From: Eledone cirrhosa
Lineage: Eukaryota
NCBI GenBank assembly: GCA_964016885.1
Contig: OZ024746.1
Coordinates: forward strand, 58,280,001 to 58,344,000
Direction: 5' to 3'
DNA length: 64,000 bases
Shown here: one piece after another, positions 15,282-29,770 of the stretch
Layout: the number at the start of each line of letters is the position of its first letter
How positions within the stretch are numbered: position 1 is the stretch's first letter
Translations under genes and position numbers: made by a program
Notes under the pieces: generated by a model
What the model was told of the DNA's origin: nothing
The model's database searches: none
The model's input: only the letters and a program-made list of their open reading frames with translations

Positions 15282-15610
15282 ATATATATATATATATATA
15301 AATATATAAATATATATATATAAATGACTAATACCCACCCTTCCATCATGTGTTAACATTACACATCTCCCCCAACTCAGTTTCATATTCTCTTACTCTC
15401 GTTCAATTCTTCTCAATACAACATTCAATTCATTCTTAACTGAACCTATCTACATAAAAGTAAATCTTTGGATATGTATCTCATTGCCTACAGCTTACAA
15501 TCACGATTTTATTCAGCAATCTTAACTGCGGCTTCATATATATACACATATACTCACACACACACATATATATGTGTGTGTGTGTATATGTGTGTATGTA
15601 TGTGTGTATG

Positions 15611-15686
<76 letters not shown>

Positions 15687-16125
15687 TGTGTGTATGTGTG
15701 TGTGTGTAATGAAATCACACAACCTGCTCTATACAAACGCTTCCACCTAACGCTCTTTCTTCGGAACAATGGAAGACATTCACTAACAAATTTGTTTATT
15801 TTTGTTTCTTTATATTGACACTGTGTTGTTTTGTTTTTGGCTTTATTATGGTTATTATCACCTGGGGTGTATAAAAACCTTTTTCGTGCATGCATGATGT
15901 AGCACTGATTATCACCAATGACATCAAATGTGTATGTTCATTCTAAATAGAAACTAACTTTTGTACAAACATTTACTCCTGTATACATATTCCTATCTAT
16001 ATATCTAGCTAGCTAGATTTATCGTTTCCATAGATTCTATCTAACTGCCAAACTACATACACCTACACATGTACACAAATACGCACCATACATCCCTCTC
16101 TCTCTCTCTATATATATATATATAC

Positions 16126-16321
<196 letters not shown>

Positions 16322-16605
16322 TTAATACATTAACAGAGAAAACTTTAAGCAATACTCCAACCAGCTACCGTCTCAGTCAACAAACATTAGGATATACCTT
16401 AGTATAATCCAAATTATACGTTTGGGGTGCTAACTATACGTCTTTTACAGATAGCCAGTTGTAGTATTTTATATGAGACATAATTAAATACATCTCTCTT
16501 TCCAAACGATCGTTTCATTATAAGTTTTCTACAAGTTGGGAAAATAATGTCCAGGTTGTGTAGAAGCCTACACATAGTCCATAGGAATATATGTAGTTGG
16601 GCACT

Positions 16606-16760
<155 letters not shown>

Positions 16761-18440
16761 AGTGCCCAACTACATATATTCCTATGGACTGGGAAGACCC
16801 AGGAAGCAATAAGATGGTTTAATAGCATTAGCAATAAGAATAAATCTAAGTTTATCCAGTTTGATATCGATGAATATTACTCATCGATATCACCTGAAAC
16901 TTTGAATAGAGCCATTAAGTTTGCTAAGGATAACTCTGACCTTACAAACGATGAAATTAAGATTATATTAGAAGCTAGGAAAACTATAGTCAAATTTGAG
17001 AACAGTTATTGGGTACGTAAAGATAGACCCTCTAACTTTGACATAACAATGGGCTCTAACGATTCGGCGGAAATAACTGATATTGTGGGGTTATTTATCG
17101 CCTTTAGACTCCAGGAAAAATTCAGCAATCTCCACGGCGGAATATACCGCGACGATGTTCTCCTCCTAGCTAAAAACCTTAATAACCAAAAACTAGAAAA
17201 ACTACGCAAAGATATAAGAAAACTACTACTCGAAATAGGACTAACTATAACATATGAATACAACCTTAAAGTAGTTAACTTCCTGGATGTCACACTCAAT
17301 TTAAACTCTGGTTTGATTAAACCGTTTCATAAATTGAATGAAAATCTCAAATACGTAAACGTTGGGTCTAACCACCCCTTCTCTATAATTAAATCTATCC
17401 CTAAAAATATTTCCCTTAGAATCTCGGGTCTATCTTCTAACATACAAGTATTTAAGGAACACGCCGAGTACTACGATAACGCCCTTAGTAAAGCAGGCTA
17501 CCTCAACAAAATAGAGTACATAGATGGGAACAATCAAAACACCCAAAATAAATCCCACATAGGTAGATATAATAACACAACACCAAACCACACTTACTAC
17601 CATAGTATGCACACCAGTAAACCAACAAACAAAACTAATAGAAAGCGATGCAAAGAGTACTTATGGTATAACCCCGAATACAATAGCTCCATTAGTACAA
17701 ATTTACCAGTACTCTTCTTTAAAATAATTAAAAGACATTTTCCCACATCACACAAATACCACAAAATCCTAAACCCTACCACTATAAGACTGTCATACTC
17801 TACAGCGTTAAACCTTGAACAACACATAAAAAAGATCAATACTAGAAGGTTAAACGAAAACACTAAGAACTTAAGTACAAAGAACACAAAAAAAACAGTA
17901 GACAATACACTACAGAACATAAATAAACCACACCTAAGTTCGTCCGCAATACTACTCCAGAGAAAACCCAACGTACACAACTGTAACTGCACCTATCCTG
18001 ACAACTGCCCCCTCGGCAATAACTGCCTGGAAAAAAATATTATTTATAAGTGTACCATTAAATCCGGAGGCAACGGGTGGTATTACGTGGGATCAACGGC
18101 AACAACGTTTAAATCTCGATTGTATAGGCATTCTTACTCAATAAAACACCAGAGCCAAAGAAATGTAACAACTCTAGCAGAAAAAGCTTGGACGCTCAGG
18201 GATAGCGATCAAAAGTTTACCCTAAAATGGGAAAAATTAGCTAAAACCCAAAGCTTTTCCAGGAGCCAAAATTTCTGCAAATTGTGTAATCTTGAGATTT
18301 ATTACATAATCACACACAAGAAGAAACTGCTGAATAACAGAATTGAACGAACATTATTCTGCCGTCACAGAACTAAAACCCTTTTTTTCCCACTACAAGC
18401 CGAATATTACATAAAAGAGGGACATCCCCCAACTATATAA
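16761..18440 (+). CDS. PLE RT + C-terminal GIY-YIG endonuclease (no N-terminus; last codons probably frameshifted)
   Basis: [44 protein letters not shown]-x5-CPL, IIYKC..YVGST, LKW, CKLC, CRH. Confidence 0.85.
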   Translation, partial: SAQLHIFLWTGKTQEAIRWFNSISNKNKSKFIQFDIDEYYSSISPETLNRAIKFAKDNSDLTNDEIKIILEARKTIVKFENSYWVRKDRPSNFDITMGSNDSAEITDIVGLFIAFRLQEKFSNLHGGIYRDDVLLLAKNLNNQKLEKLRKDIRKLLLEIGLTITYEYNLKVVNFLDVTLNLNSGLIKPFHKLNENLKYVNVGSNHPFSIIKSIPKNISLRISGLSSNIQVFKEHAEYYDNALSKAGYLNKIEYIDGNNQNTQNKSHIGRYNNTTPNHTYYHSMHTSKPTNKTNRKRCKEYLWYNPEYNSSISTNLPVLFFKIIKRHFPTSHKYHKILNPTTIRLSYSTALNLEQHIKKINTRRLNENTKNLSTKNTKKTVDNTLQNINKPHLSSSAILLQRKPNVHNCNCTYPDNCPLGNNCLEKNIIYKCTIKSGGNGWYYVGSTATTFKSRLYRHSYSIKHQSQRNVTTLAEKAWTLRDSDQKFTLKWEKLAKTQSFSRSQNFCKLCNLEIYYIITHKKKLLNNRIERTLFCRHRTKTLFFPLQAEYYIKEGHPPTI

Positions 18441-18729
18441 ACCTCAATCTAGTTAGAAAAATATAAAAACAATCTCTTCTCAACATATATTAATAACCTT
18501 AAATTACCATACTAATAATGAAAAGATATGCTGATGAGAATAGGTACAAATATGCGATAATGAATGTGTCTAAAAACGTCCATAAGTATGTATATATATG
18601 TGAAAATGTATATAAATAAGTAAATATATATATATGTTTGATGTGTATAGTTAGATGTAAGTGTATTCATGTATTAAAGTGCTTATATATATATATATAT
18701 GTATATGTGTGTATGTGTGTGTATGTGTA

Positions 18730-18781
<52 letters not shown>

Positions 18782-18784
18782 TAT

Positions 18785-18822
<38 letters not shown>

Positions 18823-19372
18823 GTGTATATGGATGTGTATGTATGTGTATGTGTGTACACATGGACTAGAGTATGTATGTATATATGTGTGTGTCTATAC
18901 GTGTGTATATAAAGATAAGTTGAGTATGAAAATGTATACACATGAGCGCGTATGTATGTACATAAATACATGTGTGTATATATGTGTATGCATGTGTATA
19001 TATATGTAAGTATGAATATGTGAATTGTGTGTATATGTATTTTGTAGAGGTGTGCAAATATATTTGTGTGTGAATGCGTGGGTGAAAGGATACGTACACT
19101 TGAAAGAAAAATTTAAGTCTGAATGTTAATTAAGTGCAAACACAAGACCAACCACGCATATCTTCACTATCTCTAATCCTTCTATAGATTTAGAAAAATA
19201 ACCAATAATATATTCTATAAAAAATGTCAAAACAACAGATGGGAATCTAATTACTCACTGCCACCAAGAATTCTCACTGCTATCGAAAAACCACTCCTTC
19301 AACTATTCTTCTAACAACTTCACCCCTCCCTCCTAATATTCTCTATAAAAACTAAATAGGTCCTCAGTAATA

Positions 19373-19489
19373 TTATTCTGATGAAATGACAGTAAATAAT
19401 AACATTGAAATATTGAATGTCTGCATAACTAAAAGTTTGTAGATAGCTGTTTTAGGTTATGTAACTGTTATAGAAACACGTGTCAATAA
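19373..19489 (+). ncRNA. Type I hammerhead with extended stem II
   Basis: TTATT-CTGATGA-A-ATGACAGT...ACTGTTAT-A-GAAAC-ACGT-GTC-AATAA. Confidence 0.72.
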
Positions 19490-19548
19490 ATTCCTTTCAA
19501 CTAAACTGTATCCATTCAAATCTTTCTATATATATATATATATATATA

Positions 19549-19761
19549 AATACAATATGTTGAAAAGGTAACACACTAGAGAGAGATATAGTGCGACATC
19601 AGTAAAACAGGGGAAAAGCACCAGTGTTATATTTTTAATTATCGTGTCTATATTCTACCTTCCATAGGTTATAGATTCCATACACTGGTGATTTTTCCCT
19701 GTTTTATTGATGGCGCACTGTATCTCTCTCTAGTCTGTTACCTTTTCAACATATTGTATTC
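19549..19761. mobile_element. Fold-back insert
   Basis: About 80-bp arms 19549-19628 and 19682-19761. Confidence 0.7.
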
Positions 19762-20059
19762 TAAAGTGCCCATGGAAAAGAAAAATTTGTTTTCCATTCC
19801 CACTTCCGGGTATTAAACAGTAGTAAATTCTCCCAGCTCTACAAATGTAGTATACGATACGGACTAAATAACACTAAGTTACATTACAAGCCATTACTAT
19901 AACAGACACTCAATACAAATATATCGTGACAAATGTAATGGATGTGAATCCTGGACCTTTCTTATTCTACACACATACATATTTGATCTACACAGAAAAT
20001 ATCTCCGCATTGCAACCACCATAATATAATAACACACTCGCTTTAAGTTCTTGTATTTT

Positions 20060-20578
20060 TATGCAACACCCAGCTTCATATATGCTTGATACTTTTGCTT
20101 GTTCAATTGCTTTATATATGACTAACGCACGTACTGTCTCTTTAATTTTATTTATTTACTAGACGCTCTTGTATTATCTGTCACATGTGCTCCACCAAAA
20201 GCTTTTAATTTTAATTTTGAATCTTATTGTACAATTATAGTATAACATAATATATGTCGCATCCTTCCTACACTGTTGTCCGCAATATGTATGTGTATGA
20301 TTCTTCAGCAGAATAGGAGGCTGACTATATGTACAAACATTAATAACAATGCTCCGAAGATACCAAGCCTAGGCTTGGAAGAAACAATTGTGAGCAATTA
20401 AATGTTCTAACATAGCTTTGATTCTTGTGTATTACTGCTCTGTATAACAAATGATGTTCTTACATTGAGCTATTTATTTTACTGGTAATAAGGTAGTAAT
20501 AAATTATTGACCTTACTTGTTTATAGGTGTATATAGTATAGTATATACATAACTATAAATAGTATCCTTAATATTATA
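20060..20578 (+). mobile_element. PLE 3' end / pLTR, same family as 52850-53475
   Basis: Colinear homology; HHR variant TGCT-CCGAAGA-CCAAGCCT/AGGCTTGG-GAAAC-AATT-GTG-AGCA at 20350-20396. Confidence 0.75.
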
Positions 20579-20587
20579 TATATACAT

Positions 20588-20704
<117 letters not shown>

Positions 20705-21361
20705 ACTCTGAATTTGCGATACGTTTCGCTTTTGCTACCCGCCGAAATGCGATTCTCGCTGAATTTATATTTATCTATTTATCTATATATAATTTCTAAT
20801 TCTTCATTTTTATATATAACCTATTTGCAACAACACAGCTCGCCAGTTTTCATTCATATATGCTTTCCCCTTTGCTGTGGCCTGTCTTTTTTTCTTCCCT
20901 TACTGCTATTCTCTTTCTTTCACCGCCTTCTCTCTCCTTCTCCCCCTCTGCTAGACACCCTCTCTCGGCTAGCCTCTTCCTCACACTTTCACTCACTCAC
21001 TCTCTGCTTCTCACCTCTCTCTCACTTCCTCCATCGTCCCATACCGTACGAAATTCTTTCCTCGCTCACATTCGCACTGCCAAGATGTGTCTTTCGTCTT
21101 CTCATCAATATTCGCACGTTCTTATGTTCAAAATGAATTATTGACTTGATTTTCTCATTTTTCTATCTCTTTACATTGCCTCACCATTCGTGCTTATTTA
21201 CCTGTCTCTCTTTCTCCACCCAACTCATTTCATCCCAATAACTTATTTTATTTATCGCATTGCCTAGCCTGAGGTATATGGTCTGTAATGCGAAGAAACA
21301 CCTATGATGGCTAGTAGACCACTGATGGCGGATAGTCCTGGCTTCTATTTCTAATATTTCA

Positions 21362-21365
<4 letters not shown>
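20705..21365 (+). mobile_element. Non-coding unit, diverged homolog of 22086-22790
   Basis: Shared blocks CGAAATTCYTTCCTYGCTCACATT and CCTGAGGTATATGGTCT...AGACCACTGATG. Confidence 0.65.
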
Positions 21366-21438
<73 letters not shown>

Positions 21439-21488
21439 GGTATATACATACATATATATACATATATACATATATACATATATATATA

Positions 21489-21581
<93 letters not shown>

Positions 21582-21590
21582 ATATATATG

Positions 21591-21780
<190 letters not shown>

Positions 21781-21812
21781 TATATATACATACATATATA
21801 TACAGATGTGTA

Positions 21813-21874
<62 letters not shown>

Positions 21875-21878
<4 letters not shown>

Positions 21879-22361
21879 AATAATGGAGCTGCGGCGTTGC
21901 AAATGGGTTACATATGAAAAAGTTTGTCCTTCATCAGTGGTATTCCAACCGTCATAGGCATTTCATCGCTTTAAAGACCATATACCTCAGGTTGGTGCGA
22001 GCAACGGCTAAAAAAAGTCGTTGGGACACGTAAATAAAGGGGACGCTAGGGTAAACAAACAAAATGGTTTAAGCAACAGAAAGTGACTGATGAAGGACAA
22101 ACTTTTTCATATGTAACCCATTTGCAACGCCGCACCTCCATTATTATCATATTTACACATATATTTTTTCCTCTGCTGCTACCCGTCTGTTTCGTTCTTT
22201 GTATCTTTACCCTTTCTAACAGTCTCTCTCTCTGTTAGCCTCTTTCTCACCCTTCACTCACTCATTCTCTGTCACTACCTCTCCTCCTCCTCTTTCTTCC
22301 CGTTTGACCTGTCCGTAATTCTTTTCTCGCGCGCTCTTGGCCAAGCCGGTATGAATTTTGT

Positions 22362-22436
<75 letters not shown>

Positions 22437-22783
22437 GCGACTTCACAGAACTTATGTTTACCGAATTCGCAGGCCAGACCCCTTCTTCCTCCCGTTAGAC
22501 CTGTGCGAAATTCCTTCCTTGCTCACATTTCAACCAGGTTTGATGGTCTTTATTCTCTCGTTCACGATTTCACCGAATTTATATTCATAGAAATCTGGGA
22601 CTTGTCTCTTTCTTCATCAATTTCTGTTGCTTAAACCATTTTGTTTGTTTACCCTAGCGTCCTCTTTATTTACGTGTCCCAACGACTTTTTTTAGCCGTT
22701 GCTCGCACCAACCTGAGGTATATGGTCTTTAAAGCGATGAAATGCCTATGACGGTTGGAAGACCACTGATGAAGGACAAACAT

Positions 22784-22790
<7 letters not shown>
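21875..22790 (+). mobile_element. About 680-nt permuted non-coding unit with inverted 5' arm
   Basis: ACTGATGAAGGACAAAC at 22086 and 22765; arm 21875-22081 is the reverse complement of 22621-22790 joined to 22086-22150. Confidence 0.8.
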
Positions 22791-22869
<79 letters not shown>

Positions 22870-23029
22870 GCATATATATATATATACATATATTTTATTA
22901 ATATTTGTATTTTAATATTAATAACTCTGGAAAATTATTCCAGTAGAGTGCTTCCAATCTACTGTAAAACTCATTCTTTGATATACTCATTGAATCTTGT
23001 TTAACTCTTTAATATATATATATATAAAT

Positions 23030-26000
23030 ATATAAAAGAAACTTTAAGGAAGAAATGCCAGTTAGACTGATTGCTCCATCGAAATCGGATCTAGGAGTAA
23101 TCAGTAAAAACATCATAGATAGAATATTACCCACTCTTAAATTGAGATCTAGTTTGAGCTTATGGAAAGATACAAACGAGGTCAAAAACATTGAAGATAA
23201 GAAAAACTATAAATTCATCCAGGTGGATATTACTAGCTACTATTCTTCTATAACACCTAAACTTCTAAATAAGGCCCTCTCCTATGCTTATAAGCATACC
23301 GATCTAACCACAGATGAAATAGATATAATTTTAACAGCTAGGAGAACTCTCATTAGCTTCAATAACGAACTTTGGACACGCTCAGATAGAGATAGAAACT
23401 TTCATATCACTATGGGGGCATCTGATTCCGCGCAAATCACAGATCTTCTGGGAATTTTCATATTAAACATGATAAATAGAAAACTGCCGGAGATTACCGG
23501 TGGTTTATATAGGGACGACATTTTATTTAAAGTGGTCAAACACAATAATATAGAATTAAATAGAGTTAAGAAAAGTATAATAGAATTCTTTAAAACGTAC
23601 GACCTTAAATTAGAAGTAGAAAATGGTACCAAAATAGTTAATTTCCTTGACGTTACCTTTAACTTAAACACTGGCTTCTATTACCCTTTTCATAAGCCTA
23701 ATGGAAACTTAAACTATGTTAGTAACCATTCAAATCACCCTAGATCTGTAAAAAAGCTATAGTAAATAGTGTGCAAAAACGTATTAATAAATTATCAGCT
23801 AATAAATATATATTTGATAAAAATGCGGAATATTACAACAACGCTTTAAAAAGAGCAGGATATATGAATAATATAGAATATGTAGATAATAACAATCCAA
23901 GTATTATTCCTAATAATAATAATAAAAATTATAACACATATAAGAGTAACTCTAAGACACATACACTAAATATATCGAGAATACGAACTAGATCTAAACC
24001 AGTCATATGTTTGCAACCCCAGCCTCGGTCGGAGTTAAAACACTAATTGTAGAACTATTCTTTAAAGCTCTTGACACCTCTTTCCCTACTCAACATAAAT
24101 ACTATTCCATTTTTAATAGACATACCATTAAATTCGCAAATTCTACAACCAGTAACATGGCCCAAAATATCTGCAAATTAAACGCCAAAATCCTAAAACC
24201 AAACCAACATAATGATCATAATAATAGAGTTAACATTAATGATACTAAACCAAAATGTAATTGTAGAAATAAAAGTAATTGCCCTTTGCAAAATAATTGT
24301 TTAGATAGTAATTTTGTTTATAAATGCACCGTAAAAACTGATCATAAAGCATACAACTACACTGGATCAACCTCGTCCACATTCAAACATCGTTTCGCGA
24401 ACCATAAATGGTCATTCTCGAACTCTAAGCAGAAATCATCCACGTCTTTATCACAGCTCATATGGTCTTTAAAAGAGAAGAATCTGGAATACTCCATTCT
24501 TTGGACAAAACTTCGGAACTGTGGAATTTACCGCAACTCTAGTATATCAAATAACTCCCCGCTCTGTACAATGGAAACCCTGTTGATTATTAATAATTAT
24601 GAGACCCTAATTAACAAAAAAAGTGAATTATTCTCTAATTGCCTTCATAAAGCTATGTCCACTTTTTTAGCCTCACATAAAACGAGAAAGAAAGAACAAT
24701 AACAACGTGGTTACCAGGATTATATAATCAACAGTAAAAAACATCAATGGCCTTTAATATTGCTTTATTTTATAAATATCTATAGAAAAAACAACGTTAG
24801 AATGAATGACAATATTTCAATTAGCATGCCTAAACATTGATACACACAACTTTATTTGTTAACTTTGATCAACACCATCATTTATCTATAATTTAGTACA
24901 ATACCTAATCCTTACATTTCTATTTATTTAACTGTGAATGTTTAATACATTTGTATACTCTTTTAAATTTTAGTTTTAATACCCAATCCAAACATTTTTA
25001 CGAAACTTATCTATAACTCTAAATTTTTTATGACTTTTTGATCCATTATTTATAGTATAATATAGCATATATTTTTATTAAATACTGCACTATAAAATAT
25101 AAATCTGAGACGGATTCAAACTTATATATAAATGTGAATTTTTCGCTGTACTTTCGATCTCTTATTTATTTATTTATAATATAATGTATTATAATATATA
25201 TGTAGTTATATATTCTATTTTATATATTTTTAAATATTTTTAAATCTACCTACCATACTTCTATATACATGATTCAAATATAGAGAAAGTATCCAAACTA
25301 AAAATTATTATAGACATTATTTTGAACTTTATATTATACTCGCACTCATTGTTTGTTTTTCTTAAATGTATATATATATATATATTTAAATGTAACACGT
25401 TGTTAAGAGTATAACTGTTATCATTTGCCTAAAATATACTACATTAATAATACCTAATATATATCTATATATACACATCCCTATATCTAATATGTTGATA
25501 TCTTGGTTGAAGAATAATTAGTACATTTACACCAAATTATACATATGTATAAATTTATCCGTAACATATTATTTTATTTTATTTTTATCTTCGTCAGTAT
25601 TATTTACCTTAAACATATTGACTTATTAATATATACCTATATATACATAATAGTTATTCAAATATTTATAACAATAATGTACTTCAAAAGCTTTACATAC
25701 CTAATATGTTGGGATATTTGTTAAAGTTTAGATTCAGGTAATTAATCAACAGTATAATATTTTATTCTTTATGTGCCAGCTAAATCCTTTAAAATGTTAT
25801 TCTCACAATTCAGAAGTTTAAAAATGATAACACACTTATCGAATTTATATAACTAATACATAAATAATTAGCAAATAATCCTGAAATCTGGAGTCTTCAC
25901 CTTAATATTATAAATTAAATACTTTCAAATATAACTGTTTAACTTTCGAACCCCCCCCCCCCCCACCTCGCTTTACCTTTCCCTCCTTATAAATCTTTTT

Positions 26001-26342
26001 CCAGTGACTATCACTGGCTGTTATGATTCATGAGACGTCTCCCTAGATATATTGTAGTATCATACAATTTAAAATTTTAGAACACTTACAGTATACAACG
26101 TTTTTTCTTACTCACACACTCTCTAATGAATTCATTACGTTTTCGCACTTTCACACCAATATTATATAAGTAAAATTTTATATCGGGTAATCACTACCTA
26201 GATTAAATCTTAACAATTTAACATCTCAGGGTATGTCATGTATCATTATATTTTGTCTGATGAGGTTGTATTGTTGTACATCCAAAATATATATAATAAA
26301 ATGTAATTGATCAAAAGAACATCTATTTTATTAATACTTATA

Positions 26343-26345
<3 letters not shown>
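23030..26345 (+). mobile_element. Hydra-type PLE, frameshifted, long AT-rich 3' UTR
   Basis: ORF pieces 23055-23762 (ITMGASDSAQ, GGLYRDD, NFLDVT), 23771-24046 and 24007-24702 (CNC-x5-CPL, FVYKC..YTGST); HHR-like motif 26249-26304 with GAAA changed to AAAA. Confidence 0.85.
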
Positions 26346-26397
<52 letters not shown>

Positions 26398-26399
26398 TA

Positions 26400-26602
26400 T
26401 AAGAGATGTCAACATGAATGGACCTGTTATTTTTATCTAAAGACATTTTTTCCAATTCAATCCCGCCGTCTATTTTATTTCGCATTCTTCTGATGAAGTA
26501 CTAGCGTCCGAAACGTTAAGACCCTCTTTCTGCTATATCAAGCGTTAACTTAATATATACCTTCTATATACGGTACCGATTGTGTTGTTATTTCTGTTTA
26601 CC

Positions 26603-26607
<5 letters not shown>
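26400..26607 (+). mobile_element. pLTR fragment with minimal hammerhead
   Basis: TCTT-CTGATGA...GAAACGTTAAGA at 26486-26521; homolog at about 48765-48885. Confidence 0.7.
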
Positions 26608-26661
<54 letters not shown>

Positions 26662-28059
26662 CCTAACTGCGTTCTCTTAACGATTCATTTGTTGATTTAT
26701 ATATATATAATTGCTTGTTTGTATTTTTAATGTCATTTTCTTAATTAAGATACCACTGCAGTTAATCTTAAGAATGGTATTGAAGCATTTGTATCTGTAA
26801 TCCATATGTAGTATTTGCAGTTCTGTCAAATCTAGTGGGGAGGTGTTTGCGGAAATTCTCAATAGTTTAATATTAAGTGAATTATGTCTATATTAAAAGA
26901 GAATAAATAGTTAAAATGACACGGCCAAGTTGAACTTTTGACATTTTATAATCTTAATTACAACTTCTTCAGCTGAAGGCTGTCAATTATCGAACATAGA
27001 AAAATCATATAATATGTAAACACATATGAATATATAATAGTGTAACATTAAATAAACTCTCATGACCGAATATAGAATTATATAATTAGTAATATGAATA
27101 TAAAAAATGAATAATATTTTTACGGATAATGGCGATATACGTGACTATACACGTACGGATCAGGAAATTACTTAGGGACACATTCTGCATTGAAAGGAAT
27201 TCGTAAGCTGTGAATGGTAAATAATGTTAGTAAAGGAAGTCATCGCTGACATTTTATTTAACTAATATCAGAGATGCCACAAATTCCCTACTTTTGAACA
27301 CAAAAAGCTGTTTGCACGAAAAGGTGGTTGATTATTTTAGTCGTGTTGCAAACGAACTAATATAGCCCAATTCGAAACAGGTAAGTACGAATGTAAGTAC
27401 TACAAATAGAAAATATTTAATATATTGATTTAATATATAAAAGTATGATCAGAGGATAATGTTAATTATAATGTTTCTTTCAGTGGTGTTATATTTTAAT
27501 GATCGAGGTCTTTCCTATGCGCCTCAACATCATTAGTTCAAGAATTTGGTTACTGTACTTCTAAGGAAAGACACTGCTTAAAATTTTCAAGAATTTAGAT
27601 GGTTTTAGCAACATAATTCACCTTCTCATTAAGATCAGGCTCTCGACATAAAATAACAAAGGTTTGTAATAAAACTATAGGAAAAAGTTGCATATAAACA
27701 TTTTGCAATAAACAGCTTGATTTGCGAACCACAGGTGATTTTCAGGCAATATTTATCAATTAATTTAAACTAAATTAACCTACGGTTCTCTATAGATCTA
27801 ACATTAGATTTAGTTTCATAACCGGTACATATAATATAAAGGTAAAAGAGCCGATCATCGTATCGGAGCAAGGAAAATATTTTTCCAGTCAGCTTTCCAT
27901 TGCTAATATTACACGCCGGTCAGAATTCATGGCAGTAAGAAGCAGGTTTGATTTCAAAACGCGCGAATACAGATCAGATACCGTTATATATTCAAATCAA
28001 CTCTTTATGCATTTCGTCAATTCTTTGTTCCCGTTCGTCTGATATTATTTTTATCAGTG

Positions 28060-28157
28060 GATTAATTTTGCCTTCCATCCTTACGGGGTCGATAAAATAA
28101 AGTACCAGTAATGCACTGGGTAATTGTTGGCCTTGTGCCAAAAGTAGAAACAATTAT
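28060..28157 (+). mobile_element. SINE family B 3' half
   Basis: GCCTTCCATCCTTACGGGGTCGATAAAATAAAGTACCAG...GTAGAAACAATT. Confidence 0.85.
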
Positions 28158-28974
28158 TTTTATCTCTACTCAAAAGGATGAGAGGCAATTTTCACCTCGG
28201 CCTCATTAAAAATCAGGACACAGATATATTTAATCCGACACACTAATGGCTTTAATATTTTACTGTCATAACGATAACAATAAACACTTTACCATAAATA
28301 ACTTTTTGTCTTAGAACCAGGGATACTTTCTCTTGCTTTAGTATAAAAGAAGTCGTTGCACCCTTTTGGCACATTGTTCAGTAACATGTAGTGTTTGCAT
28401 ACCGACTACATTTAGGAATCAGGAATACTTTGCAAGGAGATTCAACTTGTTATTTTTAGCAGATTGAGCTTCAACTTAAAGGATTTCTTGATGGAACGTG
28501 AAGAAAATATTAATCAAAATGAAAGTCTTCTCAAATTGCAAACCGAATGTCGATCAAGTTTCCACAAGAAAAGTAACATTCAGAAACCTTAATGAAATTG
28601 TTAAGACTAAGGAAATTTTCAGCTGAATGGAATATTCTAGAATAGAGCCATCTTCTAGAGTGTGTGAAAGTTACATGAAAAGATGGCTGCTGAAAACTGG
28701 ATTTATATTGCATACGTAGAAGACGAAAGCAACCTACAAAAGGCAATCTACAAAAGCCACTACTAGATATAAAGAACTATGAAAACCATTAGGTATATAA
28801 TTATATAACACAAATGTATAAGAAGGTCAATCTAGATCTGTTCCTTTCATCCACATGACAGGTGCAATGTGTCCGAACATGGAAGAGCCGAACTCCCACT
28901 GTCACCCCATCCATCTCTCTCGCCTACCGCATCTCTCTCTATGTTGAGCAAATGGGGTCCCACGTGCTGGCCGC

Positions 28975-29325
28975 CCCACAGCACCGGCGGACAGAACGGA
29001 GAAGGAGTTTCCCCGCAGGATGGTAAGGGAGTCGCGACAGAAGAGCCATTCCATCTCGCAAGGCTCACACCTCCGGCTGGCCGCTCAGTGCCTATGGCTG
29101 TGAGTAGGGAGGTAGCCCTAGGGCTAAGGGTACCATAAGTCTCCACTACCAAGGGCACGACCGCAAAACTGTCGGGGAGCGACCAGTGCTTGAGAGTTTG
29201 CCCTCATCAGCCCGAAGTGCAGCAGAACCTAGGTTAGTCACAGACTACACCAGCTTGAGGCTGGAGAAAGTGTAGTTGCAAGTGGCATCACATATGAGGG
29301 GTTTTCCACCGCGGAACAGGAAGAT
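28975..29325 (-). mobile_element. CRE-clade non-LTR retrotransposon, RLE C-terminal fragment
   Basis: With frameshifts reads RGGKPLICDATC..GSAALRADEGK..FAVVPLVVETYG..ILRGNSFSVL, the layout typical of CRE restriction-like endonucleases. Confidence 0.75.
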
Positions 29326-29447
29326 CGTTATACGATGCATTTATGTAAAAGTCTCGTTTTGTTTTAAGCTGTGACCATATCATATTCATTACACTATAGC
29401 TATCCGAGAACGCCAAGAGGTAGCGTTTCGGGTTTATATATACATAT

Positions 29448-29770
29448 AAGACGTGTGGCTTAGTGGTTAGACTATTGAATTCATAATCGTGAGTTTCTGA
29501 GTTTGACAAACATTTTATTTTACGTTTGTCAAATTCATTCAATCGTAAATATGATTTCCTACGTCTCTGGTGCCAATATGTAACGGCCTATCCCTTAGAC
29601 AACATTTGTATTGTTGAGAGAGGAAACTGGTAAGCAGGTCTGACTCATCTTCCACATAAAACAACATCACCGGGCTTGTGCCTCGGAGGGAAACTGTTCT
29701 AGTTTACTCAGTTTCAGACATGCGTTGAAATGTGTCTGGTGTCAAGATGTATCGGCCTTTGCCATTCCCG
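29448..29770 (+). mobile_element. Decayed tRNA-SINE with family A-like head and longer body
   Basis: GTGTGGCTTAGTGGTTAG head; body shares CCTTRGACAACAT with 53850-53870. Confidence 0.6.

Larger units (their letters stand above)
16761..19528 (+). mobile_element. Hydra-type Penelope-like element, 5'-truncated
   Basis: Frame open from 16761 to 18440; microsatellite-containing 3' UTR; HHR at 19373-19489; (TA)n on both sides. Confidence 0.88.

Noticed and set aside
27381-27483. Intron-like GTAAGT...TTTCTTTCAG
   Set aside because: Flanking sequence has no sustained reading frame; could be chance or a lncRNA.
28460-28790. Faint RT-like remnant (IAYVEDESNLQKAIYK)
   Set aside because: Too degraded to assign without a search.
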